This document shows, in pieces, positions 51,246 to 60,505 of a stretch of 64,000 nucleotides of DNA. The stretch is from Bryobacterales bacterium (lineage in GTDB: Bacteria > Acidobacteriota > Terriglobia > Bryobacterales > Bryobacteraceae), in contig JBBQGE010000020.1 of assembly GCA_038322675.1 (NCBI GenBank), positions 18,020 through 82,019 of the forward strand. The letters are read 5' to 3'. Made by a program: the position numbers and the translations under genes. Numbering within the stretch: position 1 is the stretch's first letter; every line of letters starts with the position of its first letter. Under the pieces are notes generated by a model that had not been told where the DNA came from, made no database searches, and saw nothing but the letters and a program-made list of their open reading frames with translations.

Positions 51246-51410
51246 ATGGCGCGAGATCCGGTTTGTGACATGGAAGTCTCGGAAAATGAAGCAGTGGCAT
51301 CCTCGTATTACGCAGGGGATCGCTATTATTTCTGCTCTGAAGACTGTAAGAAGCGCTTCGATCAGGACCCGGAGCGATACGTCTCGCGCCGCGATTCCAG
51401 CCAGAGGTAA
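51246..51410 (+). CDS. YHS domain-containing small protein (TRASH-type metal-binding)
   Basis: ATG 51246, 5 nt after GACGGAGG; the ORF opens at 51153. DPVCDMEV...YYFCSEDCKKRFDQDPERY. Confidence 0.8.
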   Translation: MARDPVCDMEVSENEAVASSYYAGDRYYFCSEDCKKRFDQDPERYVSRRDSSQR

Positions 51411-51905
51411 CTAACGCGATTCGGATAAATCGAAGGTGGCCCCATCGACGTCGTGGAGACGGACGGTCAATTTCGCCCGCTTCTCCAGCTCCGCTTCCGG
51501 AATGGGGAAAGTTGCCGCCACCATGCGGTCCATCGACTCGCCCGGAGCGACTTTATCGCGCATGATGAGGGTCTGGTTGTATTTCGGCCCCAGCACCTTG
51601 TAATAATCCATCACGCGATCGATATCCGTTCGCGCGATGGTATCGCCCGTGATTTCCTTTCCGTCCGGACCTTTGACGGTCACGTCCGCACCCTGAGTCA
51701 CAAACAGCAGGTCCGACCGGTTTGTGACGCGAAAGTCGATCACCGCGATCGAGTTCTTCTCGTCGGTAGCAAGGGTACGCACCTTCAGCACTTTGCCTTC
51801 GAGCGTTAGATGCGATCCGCGCGTGGAGTAGAGCGTGACGGATAGGATGGCGGCGATAATCAGCACGCCGATGCCAACGAAAATCGCTGTTTGCTTGGTG
51901 ATCAT
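51411..51905 (-). CDS. Hypothetical membrane-anchored protein
   Basis: Single N-terminal TM (AIFVGIGVLIIAAILSVTLY) followed by a beta-rich domain. ATGA overlap with the upstream gene suggests co-translation. No family recognised. Confidence 0.55.
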   Translation of the reverse strand: MITKQTAIFVGIGVLIIAAILSVTLYSTRGSHLTLEGKVLKVRTLATDEKNSIAVIDFRVTNRSDLLFVTQGADVTVKGPDGKEITGDTIARTDIDRVMDYYKVLGPKYNQTLIMRDKVAPGESMDRMVAATFPIPEAELEKRAKLTVRLHDVDGATFDLSESR

Positions 51906-52849
51906 GAGAGCCGGGCGTGGAACGCGGGATCGACGATTTTCAGGATCGCCTCCATCGACTCGTGCGACTTCTGCACCTGCGTCTCGCCGAAGATGTGAGT
52001 CTCCAGGCCGATCTGATCCTCGAAGCCGTCCTTTGCCAGTGTCTCGAAGATCGGCGCCCAGTCGAGGTGCTGCGGATAGTCGAGCACGCTGCGCCCTTTG
52101 ATCTGGGCATTATGAACCCGCCGCTTAGGCAGCATCGCGTAGCCATCGAGCACCGGCGTTTCCTTCATATCCGCGCCGTTCATCACATCCCAATTGATGC
52201 CGATTGCTTTGGACGGTACCAGTTTCAACAGAGCCGCCACCTCCGAGCACTTGGCGACGTTGCACGACGTCTCGTTCTCCACCAGCAGTTTCACGCCTTC
52301 GTGCTCCGCCACCTTCGCAAACGCGTTCAGGATTTCGGCTACTCGCGGATACACCGACTCAGGCTCCGCCACGCGGGAAAACGTGAACACCCGCACGTGG
52401 GAGCAACCCAGAATCTGAGCCGACCGGATGCACTTCCGCAGATCCTCGCCCCGCTGGTCGAATCGCGCCTGCTCGCGCGCCTGGCGCTTTTCCTTTGCCT
52501 CTGGAGTCTCCGCGTTCCGCCGGACCGGCGCGGTCCCCGGCAGTCCGAACTTCAGCAGATTCGTATTGAGGAACGATATCTTGATGCCGCCATCGGCGAA
52601 CTGTCTGGCGGCCTGCCGGAGTTCGGGCTCTTCCATGAAGAAGTAGTTCTGTCCCTTCCGGCCCGGCACGTCGCGCAGTTCCAGCCACTTCAGGCCGTAC
52701 TGATGCGCAAAGGCGATGGCGTCCTCGGGCGACCGCGCGATTTCATCGCTGATCGCGCTGATCTGCGAGTGATCGATGCGATTCCGGCCCCACAAAGCGG
52801 GAGCCGCCACGGCCCCTATCAGAATTTCACGGCGAGTCAGATAGTTCAA
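51902..52849 (-). CDS. Sugar phosphate isomerase/epimerase (xylose-isomerase-like TIM barrel) with Tat-like signal
   Basis: Tat-like signal TRREILIGAVAAPALWG. TIM-barrel AP-endonuclease-2 pattern (WLELR..., VRVFTF, LLVENE). I prefer the TTG start at 52849, immediately after the upstream stop. The longest ORF (to 52900) would overlap the AI-2E gene by 50 nt. Confidence 0.8.
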   Translation of the reverse strand: MNYLTRREILIGAVAAPALWGRNRIDHSQISAISDEIARSPEDAIAFAHQYGLKWLELRDVPGRKGQNYFFMEEPELRQAARQFADGGIKISFLNTNLLKFGLPGTAPVRRNAETPEAKEKRQAREQARFDQRGEDLRKCIRSAQILGCSHVRVFTFSRVAEPESVYPRVAEILNAFAKVAEHEGVKLLVENETSCNVAKCSEVAALLKLVPSKAIGINWDVMNGADMKETPVLDGYAMLPKRRVHNAQIKGRSVLDYPQHLDWAPIFETLAKDGFEDQIGLETHIFGETQVQKSHESMEAILKIVDPAFHARLS

Positions 52850-52850
52850 C

Positions 52851-54005
52851 TCAATCCCCCAGAAGTTTGCCGTAGGCTTTCCAGTTGCCCACGTTATCAC
52901 ACACGGCCTTGATTCCCGCCGTGATCGGAATCCCGAGCAGCAAGCCGATTCCGCCCCACAGCGTGCCCCAGAACATCAGCGCAATGGTTACGGCCAGCGG
53001 ATTCAAATGCACCCGCGATCCTACAATCTTGGGGTACAGAAGATTTAACGCCAGCAGATGGAACATAGTTACCACGAGTGCGATCACAATGTACATGGTC
53101 GGTTGCGTATAGACGCCGAGCGCCGCCATCACGGGCGGGATCACCGCCAGCGGCACGCCCACATACGGTACCAGGCTCAGAAATCCACTGATGGGCCCGA
53201 TCAGCAGCGCGTATGGCAACCGCATCATGACGAAGAAGATTGCGCTCGCGATGCCGATCAGCACACCGAGAATGAAATTGCCCAGCACATACGCGCGCGC
53301 CATTTCCGCGACGCCTTCCCAACTACGACCCGCCACTTGCCGGTCGGACGCGTTGAACAAATACAGAAAACTCCGCCTCAGGTGATCGCGCCAGCTCAAC
53401 ATGAAATACACCAGAAACGGCACGAACGACGCCATGAGCAGAACATTGTAGAAAGAGCTGACGTAGTTGTAGGCGTAGGTGATCAGGGGCGTCGGTTCGG
53501 GGCGAATGCGGACTTCCTGTATCGCAGGTGGCTCCGTCTCACCCTCGGTCCCGCGCCGCGCGTTCCGCCGCGATTTCGAATTGGCCGGCGTGGGTTCCGG
53601 CTGGGTCTCGCGGTACCGCTTTGGCACCATCAACTGAATGGTGCTCTTCTCCACTTGGTCCACCTTCGCGGCGGCGTCATCGACGATCTGCGAAATGCGC
53701 TGGCTATAGGCCGGAAGATCGTCGAGCAGGGCAGAGGCCTCGGTATAGAGACCCAGTCCGAGCAGATAAATCAGCAGCAGCGCAGCGCTACAAACGACGA
53801 AACTGGCCAGAGCGCGCGGCATGCGCATTCGCATGAACAGACGCACCGCGGGATCCAGGATGAAGGCGAGGATCACCGCGATTACCAGCGTGATGAGAAG
53901 CACGCGGCCGAGATACAGCAGGGCAATCACTACGCCGACCGCGATCAACGTCAGCGCGGGATTCCCCTGTTTGTGCGAAGGAGGGCTTTGCGCGAGTACA
54001 GACAC
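52851..54005 (-). CDS. AI-2E family transporter (PerM-like permease)
   Basis: About 8 TM segments. C-terminal consensus LNPLAVTIALMFWGTLWGGIGLLLGIPITAGIK. Confidence 0.9.
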   Translation of the reverse strand: MSVLAQSPPSHKQGNPALTLIAVGVVIALLYLGRVLLITLVIAVILAFILDPAVRLFMRMRMPRALASFVVCSAALLLIYLLGLGLYTEASALLDDLPAYSQRISQIVDDAAAKVDQVEKSTIQLMVPKRYRETQPEPTPANSKSRRNARRGTEGETEPPAIQEVRIRPEPTPLITYAYNYVSSFYNVLLMASFVPFLVYFMLSWRDHLRRSFLYLFNASDRQVAGRSWEGVAEMARAYVLGNFILGVLIGIASAIFFVMMRLPYALLIGPISGFLSLVPYVGVPLAVIPPVMAALGVYTQPTMYIVIALVVTMFHLLALNLLYPKIVGSRVHLNPLAVTIALMFWGTLWGGIGLLLGIPITAGIKAVCDNVGNWKAYGKLLGD

Positions 54006-54147
54006 AACAATATTTAGCGCACGCGGGTCCGCCAGTCGTGCGCCGCCAGTCCAGATTCCAGTGTAGCGTGGCGCACCCGCCGGATCGCGCAGAATTGTTC
54101 AGGGCAAAGCCTAAAGATGTATCTGACATCGGTCGATCAAAAATTGG

Positions 54148-55287
54148 ATGCGACCACTTCGTGGCCTGATTATCTGTGAAGACGCGGCGCTGCGGGAACG
54201 CATTGCCGAACTGCTCACCGAGACCGGGCAGGTGGAACAGTCGCTAGTCCTGTCCCACTATCCTGGCCAGGCGGAGGCAGGCCGGCAACTGCGGATCGCC
54301 CGTCCGGATGTGGTCCTGGTCGTTATTGAGCGGTTGAACGCGGTTATCGAATTCCTGCGAGAAATGGAGTTCACCTGCCCAACCGCCGCCGTCGTCGGCA
54401 TCAGCCGCCTGCAGGACCCTCGCGCCTTGACGGAACTGATGCGGATCGGCGTGCGAGACCATATCGCCGCTCCCATCAACCGCCAGCGATTTCAGGACGC
54501 GATTCAGCGAGTGGTATACCAGTTCTCGGAAGCAGCCCATCGCGTACTGACGGAGCCGCTGGTGAGCTTCGTTCCGGTCCGCGGCGGATCCGGAACCTCG
54601 ACACTCGCCTGCAACATCAGCCACGCGATGGCGGCGCGTCCGGGATCCCGCGTCTTGTTGGCCGATCTCGACGTCTCGGCCGGACTCTCGCGGTTTCTGT
54701 TCCGCATGACGCCTTCGTGTTCTTTGGGCGAGCTACTGGCAAGCGGACAGACCATCGACCGCCACACGCTGTCGCGATGCATCGTCACGGCCGGCAATCT
54801 CCATGTCGTCTGCGGCGGACCAGCGAATCCCCGGCAGCCATTCACCGCCTATCAGATGCGAAGCCTGCTGGAGTTGATCGGTTCCGGCTATTCGGCGCTC
54901 TGCATAGACTTGACCGGGAGTATGGAAACCTACGCGCTCGAACTGATGCGCCGTTCGCGGCGGATCCTGCTGGTCTGCACATCCGAGGTCCCCTCCATCG
55001 AACTTGCCCGCGAGAAACTCCGATTTCTCGAAACGCTGGACCTCCGGTCACGGGCCAGCATACTCCTGACGCTCTGCCCCGAGTCCGGCCAGGCGAACCA
55101 CCAACAGCTCCAGAAGTACCTCGGAGTCCCGGTACAGGCCACCTTCGACTTTGGCGAACGGCGAGTCCGTCAGTCCCTGAGCGAAGGATCGCTCATCGAA
55201 CCGAAAACAACACTGGGCCGGCAGATCGCGCAATTTGCCTCCGAGTTATCCTCGCAGCTCGCCGCCGGTGCATCGCAACCCTGCTGA
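54148..55287 (+). CDS. TadZ/CpaE-like protein: pseudo-receiver domain + atypical ParA/MinD-type P-loop domain
   Basis: REC-like fold in which the acceptor position is non-acidic (PDVVLVVIERLN). The P-loop segment VRGGSGTSTLACN lacks the GK(S/T) lysine and has R in place of the signature K. It is followed by VLLADLDV, as in the MinD/ParA fold. Confidence 0.7.
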   Translation: MRPLRGLIICEDAALRERIAELLTETGQVEQSLVLSHYPGQAEAGRQLRIARPDVVLVVIERLNAVIEFLREMEFTCPTAAVVGISRLQDPRALTELMRIGVRDHIAAPINRQRFQDAIQRVVYQFSEAAHRVLTEPLVSFVPVRGGSGTSTLACNISHAMAARPGSRVLLADLDVSAGLSRFLFRMTPSCSLGELLASGQTIDRHTLSRCIVTAGNLHVVCGGPANPRQPFTAYQMRSLLELIGSGYSALCIDLTGSMETYALELMRRSRRILLVCTSEVPSIELAREKLRFLETLDLRSRASILLTLCPESGQANHQQLQKYLGVPVQATFDFGERRVRQSLSEGSLIEPKTTLGRQIAQFASELSSQLAAGASQPC

Positions 55288-55296
55288 TACACTGAA

Positions 55297-56172
55297 GTGG
55301 TGATTCACCGGTACCTGCTGCACAACGATCAGATACGCGATTCCGCTGGCCAGATGCTGATTCCGGGCCAACTCGGGTTGCTCTCCGGCTGGGGTGTGTT
55401 CAGCACGATTCGCGTCGTGAATTCGGTCCTGTTTGCATTCGAACGGCACTGGGATCGCATGACGCACGACGCCAAACTGATGCACGTGCCCTTCCCCACC
55501 GACCCCGCAGCCCTTGAGTCGGCATTGCTGCGTTTGGTAGATGCCAACCAGACACCCAACTGCACAATGCGCGTTGTGGTGGTCCGCAACCGCGGCGGAT
55601 TCTGGGAGGGACCGGGAGTCAGCCGCCCGTACGATCTCATCGCACTCACCGCGGACACTAACGATTGGAGCCGCGCCGTAGGCCTCGGAGTCGTCGCCAA
55701 CGGCAGGCACGCGGCCTCGCCGTTTGCCGGCACGAAGATACTGTCGTGGGCCGCGAACCTCACCTGGTACGAGCAGGCGCATATGGATGGGTTCGACGAG
55801 GTGGTGCTGCTAAACGAACGCGGCGAGGTGTCGGAGTGTACGTCCGCGAATATCTTCGCCGCATTCGGCAACCAGGTCGCCACTCCGCCACTCGCTTCGG
55901 GGTGTCTGCCCGGCATCACGCGCCATGTTCTGCTGCACGACTGCCCCATCGCCGGCTACTCCGTCGAGGAACACATGCTGACCCTGGCGGATCTGTCGCG
56001 CGCCGACCAGGTCTTCATTACGTCGACCACCCGCGGCCTGCTGTGCGTCGAGCATATCGAAGGAATCGTTGTGAATAATCGCGGCAATGCCCGGCAGGTT
56101 CTGGATCGCGCGTTCTGCGACTATCTGGATCGCTATGTCGCCGACGTGCGGAATCGCCGCGCTGCTGCGTGA
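55297..56172 (+). CDS. Class IV (fold type IV) aminotransferase: branched-chain/D-amino-acid aminotransferase or aminodeoxychorismate lyase-like
   Basis: GTG start 9 nt after the upstream stop. Pattern GTKILSWAANL..., GFDEVVLLNERGEVSECTSANIF, LPGITR. Confidence 0.85.
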   Translation: MVIHRYLLHNDQIRDSAGQMLIPGQLGLLSGWGVFSTIRVVNSVLFAFERHWDRMTHDAKLMHVPFPTDPAALESALLRLVDANQTPNCTMRVVVVRNRGGFWEGPGVSRPYDLIALTADTNDWSRAVGLGVVANGRHAASPFAGTKILSWAANLTWYEQAHMDGFDEVVLLNERGEVSECTSANIFAAFGNQVATPPLASGCLPGITRHVLLHDCPIAGYSVEEHMLTLADLSRADQVFITSTTRGLLCVEHIEGIVVNNRGNARQVLDRAFCDYLDRYVADVRNRRAAA

Positions 56173-57593
56173 ACCGCCAGCCCGGCTCCACCGCCCGCGC
56201 TTATCACGAGGCCACCAAGCACACCGCCGATTCGCTGCGCCGGTCCACGCACTATCTGGACTGGGCCAACATGCCCGATCCGTTCCGCCACTACGAAGGC
56301 TCCCCGGTCCTCGACCTGGCCGCCGGGCCGCCAGCGCCAAATGGAATTCCGCCCGCCGGCGGGGCGGATCTTCTGTCGCAGATGTTCTTCTATTCGGCCG
56401 CGATCAGCGCATCCAAACTGGTTCCCTCGGCGGGCTATCGATATGCGCTTCGTGTGAACCCGTCGTCCGGGAATCTGCATCCCACGGAATTCCACTTCTT
56501 CACGCAGGATTTGCGAGGCTGGCCGGCGGGCCTGTACCACTACCGGGCGTCGTCGCACATGGCCGGCCAGCGCGCCACCGGTGGATTCGAATGCGCGCCG
56601 GTCACGATTCTGCTGACCAGCATTGCGTGGCGCGAAGAGTGGAAGTACCGCGACCGCGCGTATCGATACTGCTTGCACGATGCCGGTCACGCATGGCAGT
56701 CAGTGGCGCTGGCTGCGGCGGCGATGGGGCTGAACGCGTTCGCGCGAGGCCGGTTTGATGACGCCGAACTGGCGCGCACTTGCCGGCTGAATGCTGACGA
56801 ATGGCCGATGCTCCTGATCGACCTGTCGGGGATCGCCGCCGCCCCATCGACATCGCCACCCGTTTATCACACCGGCGAGCCGAACCGGCTTTCGGAGGAA
56901 GTCGTGGCGTACCCGCGAATCGAGCGAGTGCATGCGGCAACCTCGGTGGTCGAACCGGTGGGCGCGGCAGATCCGGCGGCGCCGGGCTCCGGCGGAATCC
57001 ATCTACCCGCGCCGGAACCGCACGCGATCCCTTTCGCCGAGGCAGTGCGCAACCGGCGATCCGCGCTCGATTTCATCGGCGGCGTTGATTCGATTTCCCT
57101 GGCCCAGCTTTCGGCTTTGCTGTCGGCGGCCACGAAGCCGTTCCGCGCGGATTTCGCCGGCACACCGTTCGTCCAACTCTATCTGTATGTGCACCGGGTT
57201 GCGGATCTGGCGCCTGGAGTATACCGGTACTGGCCATCCGGCGGCGAACTCGAAGTGGTCCACCTCGGCGATCAGCGTGTCATGGCCGCCGCGCTCAGCT
57301 TACGGCAGGATCTCGCCGGCAATGCCTGCGTCGCGTTCTCGATGATCGCCGACCTGGACCGGGCACTCCAGATCCACGGCGACCGCGGGTACCGCTACGT
57401 GCACTTCGAAGCCGGCGCCATCGGGCAGCGGCTCTATGTCGCCGCTGAATCGCTCGGACTACGGGCCACCGGAATCGGCGCCTTCTTCGACGACGAAGTA
57501 ACCCGCTATCTCGGTGTGCCGCCGTCGAGGCAGGTGGTGTATCACTTCGCGGTTGGCTATCCGGTGTTCGACAATCGGGTAGATGCGGGATGA
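56169..57593 (+). CDS. SagB/ThcOx-type dehydrogenase (double nitroreductase-like domains)
   Basis: GTGA overlap with the upstream gene. N-terminal YHEATKHT...LDWANMPDPFRHY signature. Two nitroreductase-like halves; the second ends YRYVHFEAGAIGQRLYVAAESLGLRATGIGAFFD. Confidence 0.8.
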   Translation: MNRQPGSTARAYHEATKHTADSLRRSTHYLDWANMPDPFRHYEGSPVLDLAAGPPAPNGIPPAGGADLLSQMFFYSAAISASKLVPSAGYRYALRVNPSSGNLHPTEFHFFTQDLRGWPAGLYHYRASSHMAGQRATGGFECAPVTILLTSIAWREEWKYRDRAYRYCLHDAGHAWQSVALAAAAMGLNAFARGRFDDAELARTCRLNADEWPMLLIDLSGIAAAPSTSPPVYHTGEPNRLSEEVVAYPRIERVHAATSVVEPVGAADPAAPGSGGIHLPAPEPHAIPFAEAVRNRRSALDFIGGVDSISLAQLSALLSAATKPFRADFAGTPFVQLYLYVHRVADLAPGVYRYWPSGGELEVVHLGDQRVMAAALSLRQDLAGNACVAFSMIADLDRALQIHGDRGYRYVHFEAGAIGQRLYVAAESLGLRATGIGAFFDDEVTRYLGVPPSRQVVYHFAVGYPVFDNRVDAG

Positions 57594-57868
57594 GGCTCGG
57601 TATTCTGGTCGCCGGCGATAACCACTTCATCGTGCGAGGCCCGAAGCCCGACCACGCCACCGCGCTCGAACTCGCCCGGCACTGGTCTCTCATCCGCATC
57701 GGTAGCAGTACCCCGCCCCACCTGGCCGCCTGGACCATCAGCACCAGCGAGTTCCGCGAGAATCTCGAGTGGGCCATCGCCGTCCCGGGATCCGGCACGA
57801 TGTCCCCAGCCGTCGAACAACTGCTTGGGGAGTTAGGGCAACGTGGGATCGCGATTGAATGCGGCTAG
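57590..57868 (+). CDS. Hypothetical 92-aa protein, translationally coupled to the SagB-type gene
   Basis: ATGA start/stop overlap at 57590-57593. The composition looks coding, with alternating predicted strand/helix character. No recognisable family. The stop shares the palindrome CTAG with the convergent gene. Confidence 0.45.
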   Translation: MRLGILVAGDNHFIVRGPKPDHATALELARHWSLIRIGSSTPPHLAAWTISTSEFRENLEWAIAVPGSGTMSPAVEQLLGELGQRGIAIECG

Positions 57869-60345
57869 TGAACCGCGGACTGCGCCGCGGATTTTCTTCG
57901 ATCGGCATCCGGCTTGGCCACACTCTTGTAAGTCGCGCCTGTCTTGATTCGCATTTTGTCCTGATACATCTGGCGATCGGCGCACGCGAGCAACTGATCG
58001 GCGCTGGTCCCGTCATCCGGGAACACTGCACACCCAAAGCTCGCATCCAGCAGACCTCGTCCGCAGATTTCGTTGCCCGCCTCGCGAATCGCAGCACGCA
58101 GATCCGGAATGCGCTCCATCAGCGCCTGGTGCCCCAATCCCGAACACACCAGCACGAACTCATCGCCGCCCATACGCCCGACGTAGTCGTACTCGCGGCA
58201 CCGCGATTTCAGGGCCTGCGCTGCTGCGCGTAGCAAGCGGTTGCCCGTCAAGTGGCCTTGCGTGTCGTTGATGTGCTTGAACCCGTTCAGATCGCAAACC
58301 AGAATCCCGAGCGGCGCCGCCAGATACCGGCTCAACTCCACTTCGCGGTCCAGGTGAACGAAAAGCGAGTGTGCATTGGGCAGACCCGTCAGATAATCGG
58401 TTGTCGCCGAATCCTCCGCCCGCTTGAACGTCAGACCGTTCTCCACCGCCAGCGACAGTTTGGGCGCAATCGCGTTCAGCAATCGCAGATGATCCCCTCC
58501 GTAGCAGGCGCGCCGGGAGCTGTATAACGACAGCGCTCCCACCACTCCGTGCCGGCCCGCCAGCGGCACCGAGATCATACACGCGAACGCCTCCATCCCA
58601 GGGCCCTCGCGCGATGGGTCGCAGTTCACAGCCGCCTTGCCGGTGGCCGCCACTCTCCCGCTAATGCCCGATCCCAGGGCCATCGAACGCCCGTGACACG
58701 GACCGGCATCCTTCCCATGCACGAATTGGGCCTTCAGTTCGTCACCTGAAACCAGAAACAGCGCCATCGTCTCGTATGGCACTAACGAGTTCAACCCCCG
58801 GCTCAACACTGCGTAGGTCTCTCGCATTCCCAGCGACGATCCCAATTCGTGCGACAAATCGAACAGCTTCTGCACTTCTTCGCGAGCGGCACCGATACTG
58901 CGAATGAAGGGAAGCGGAGGCGGTTCAACTTGCGAAACGCGTGGTGCCTCCGAAGTCGCGGTCTCCCATCCGCCGGTCAGCGGCTTTAGCGGATCCGCCT
59001 GAATCTCCCGCGCCATGCTCTCTAATTCGCGATACCGCCGCTGCAGTGCCTGAACCACTCGCGGATCGAAATCCCTTCCAGCACGGGCCGCCACCTCCGC
59101 CATGGCTCCGTCCACCGGCAGTGCACGGCGATACTGGCGGTCCGACGCGAGGGCGTCCAGGCAGTCCACAGCCGCCAGTATGCGCGCACCAATCGGGATC
59201 TCGTCGCCTTTGAGTCCATCGGGATACCCCGTGCCATCCCACTTCTCGTGATGTGCTCGAACGATCGGACACACCGGGTAAGGGAAAAGCGCACGCTCCA
59301 GAATCTCCGCCCCGACCACAGGGTGGATCTTCATCTTTTCGAACTCTTCGGGAGTGAGTTTGCCGGGCTTCGAAACAATGTGCTCCGGCACGGCCAGTTT
59401 CCCGATGTCGTGCAGGACTGCCGCCGCGCGCAGCGCCAACCGATCATCCTCGCCGATCCCCAAATCTTTCGCGATCTCCGCCGCGTAGACCTGAACCCGC
59501 TTCAAATGATCGTGCGTGGTGTGATCCTTGGCCTCAATCGCCAGAGCCAGCGTCTCAATAGTCCGCAGGTGCAAGGACGACACCCGGTCGGCATGCGACC
59601 GCTGACGGTCCAGCCGCCGTGTATACAACTCGTACGAGACGTAGACCAGGTAAATCATCGGCATGAGAAACGCCGCTGCGTACCAGTGCACAAACGGGTA
59701 AATGAAGCTGTAGAGCCCGGTGACCATGCCGGCGATCAGGTGGTACGGAAACGACCACAGATACAGCGCCTCAAACAGACGTCGACGGTCGTAGCCGTCG
59801 GTCATGAATCCGGCAATGGCTCCCGGCAGATGATAGGCGACGAACGCACCCATCACCGCCATCACCAACCGGACTGGCGGCTCCAGCCCCAGCGTCCGCA
59901 GAACGTCGGACCGGTACATTAGTTGCGACACCAGGGCTGCCGCCAACGTTCCGATCAACGCGGTGAGCGTCTCCACGGCCCGTTCGGTGGTCATCCGCCG
60001 AAACGCCGACTGTACGATCACAGCGCAACCGCCGATCAGGACTGTCTGGCGGAGATCGAGTTCCACCAACGCGATGATGACGAACAAGAACGCCATCGAG
60101 TTCGCGCCCGGCACATCCGCCCCACGGACCTTCAGACTCGCCGCGAACAGCGCGATCGCAAAATAGCAGGCATGGCGCGCGCCTTCGTCGGTTGCCCAGT
60201 GGTCTTGCGGCGCGAACCATGCCGTGGACGCCAGAATGGTAAAGGTCAGAACGGCAAGCGTCGCATGGATGAGGCGCGAAGTAGACACAATTACCGCTAG
60301 AGGGGTATGCAGGCGAGACTCCAAAATCGCTGTCTTTCTTTTCAA
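57865..60345 (-). CDS. Membrane-bound HD-GYP phosphodiesterase - GAF - GGDEF diguanylate cyclase
   Basis: About 7 N-terminal TM segments. HD-GYP motifs HDIGKLAVPE and HHEKWDGTGYPDG. A GAF domain. GGDEF domain with intact GRMGGDEFVLV and an I-site REYD five residues upstream. TTG start at 60345 with no nearby ATG, so the start is uncertain. Confidence 0.88.
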   Translation of the reverse strand: MKRKTAILESRLHTPLAVIVSTSRLIHATLAVLTFTILASTAWFAPQDHWATDEGARHACYFAIALFAASLKVRGADVPGANSMAFLFVIIALVELDLRQTVLIGGCAVIVQSAFRRMTTERAVETLTALIGTLAAALVSQLMYRSDVLRTLGLEPPVRLVMAVMGAFVAYHLPGAIAGFMTDGYDRRRLFEALYLWSFPYHLIAGMVTGLYSFIYPFVHWYAAAFLMPMIYLVYVSYELYTRRLDRQRSHADRVSSLHLRTIETLALAIEAKDHTTHDHLKRVQVYAAEIAKDLGIGEDDRLALRAAAVLHDIGKLAVPEHIVSKPGKLTPEEFEKMKIHPVVGAEILERALFPYPVCPIVRAHHEKWDGTGYPDGLKGDEIPIGARILAAVDCLDALASDRQYRRALPVDGAMAEVAARAGRDFDPRVVQALQRRYRELESMAREIQADPLKPLTGGWETATSEAPRVSQVEPPPLPFIRSIGAAREEVQKLFDLSHELGSSLGMRETYAVLSRGLNSLVPYETMALFLVSGDELKAQFVHGKDAGPCHGRSMALGSGISGRVAATGKAAVNCDPSREGPGMEAFACMISVPLAGRHGVVGALSLYSSRRACYGGDHLRLLNAIAPKLSLAVENGLTFKRAEDSATTDYLTGLPNAHSLFVHLDREVELSRYLAAPLGILVCDLNGFKHINDTQGHLTGNRLLRAAAQALKSRCREYDYVGRMGGDEFVLVCSGLGHQALMERIPDLRAAIREAGNEICGRGLLDASFGCAVFPDDGTSADQLLACADRQMYQDKMRIKTGATYKSVAKPDADRRKSAAQSAVH

Positions 60346-60505
60346 TCACTTACCATGCCGACCCGGACAGAGTGTTCCAATTCGGGACAAAATGTCGCAC
60401 GGTTCCGCCCGTCGGTTCCATTGCGGCACTCGTCGGTGCACGGCGTCATTCATCCGGTCTCCGATTGCGCTCGAACCATCTCATCCGTCACGCTAGTCAG
60501 GAACC

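Noticed and set aside
55297-57868. Thiazole/oxazole-modified peptide (TOMM/RiPP) biosynthetic cluster centred on the SagB-type dehydrogenase
   Set aside because: No YcaO cyclodehydratase, E1-like/Ocin-ThiF partner, protease or dedicated exporter is adjacent. The 92-aa downstream ORF is not Cys/Ser/Thr-rich and has no leader/core organisation. The SagB-type gene therefore looks like a stand-alone member of the family.
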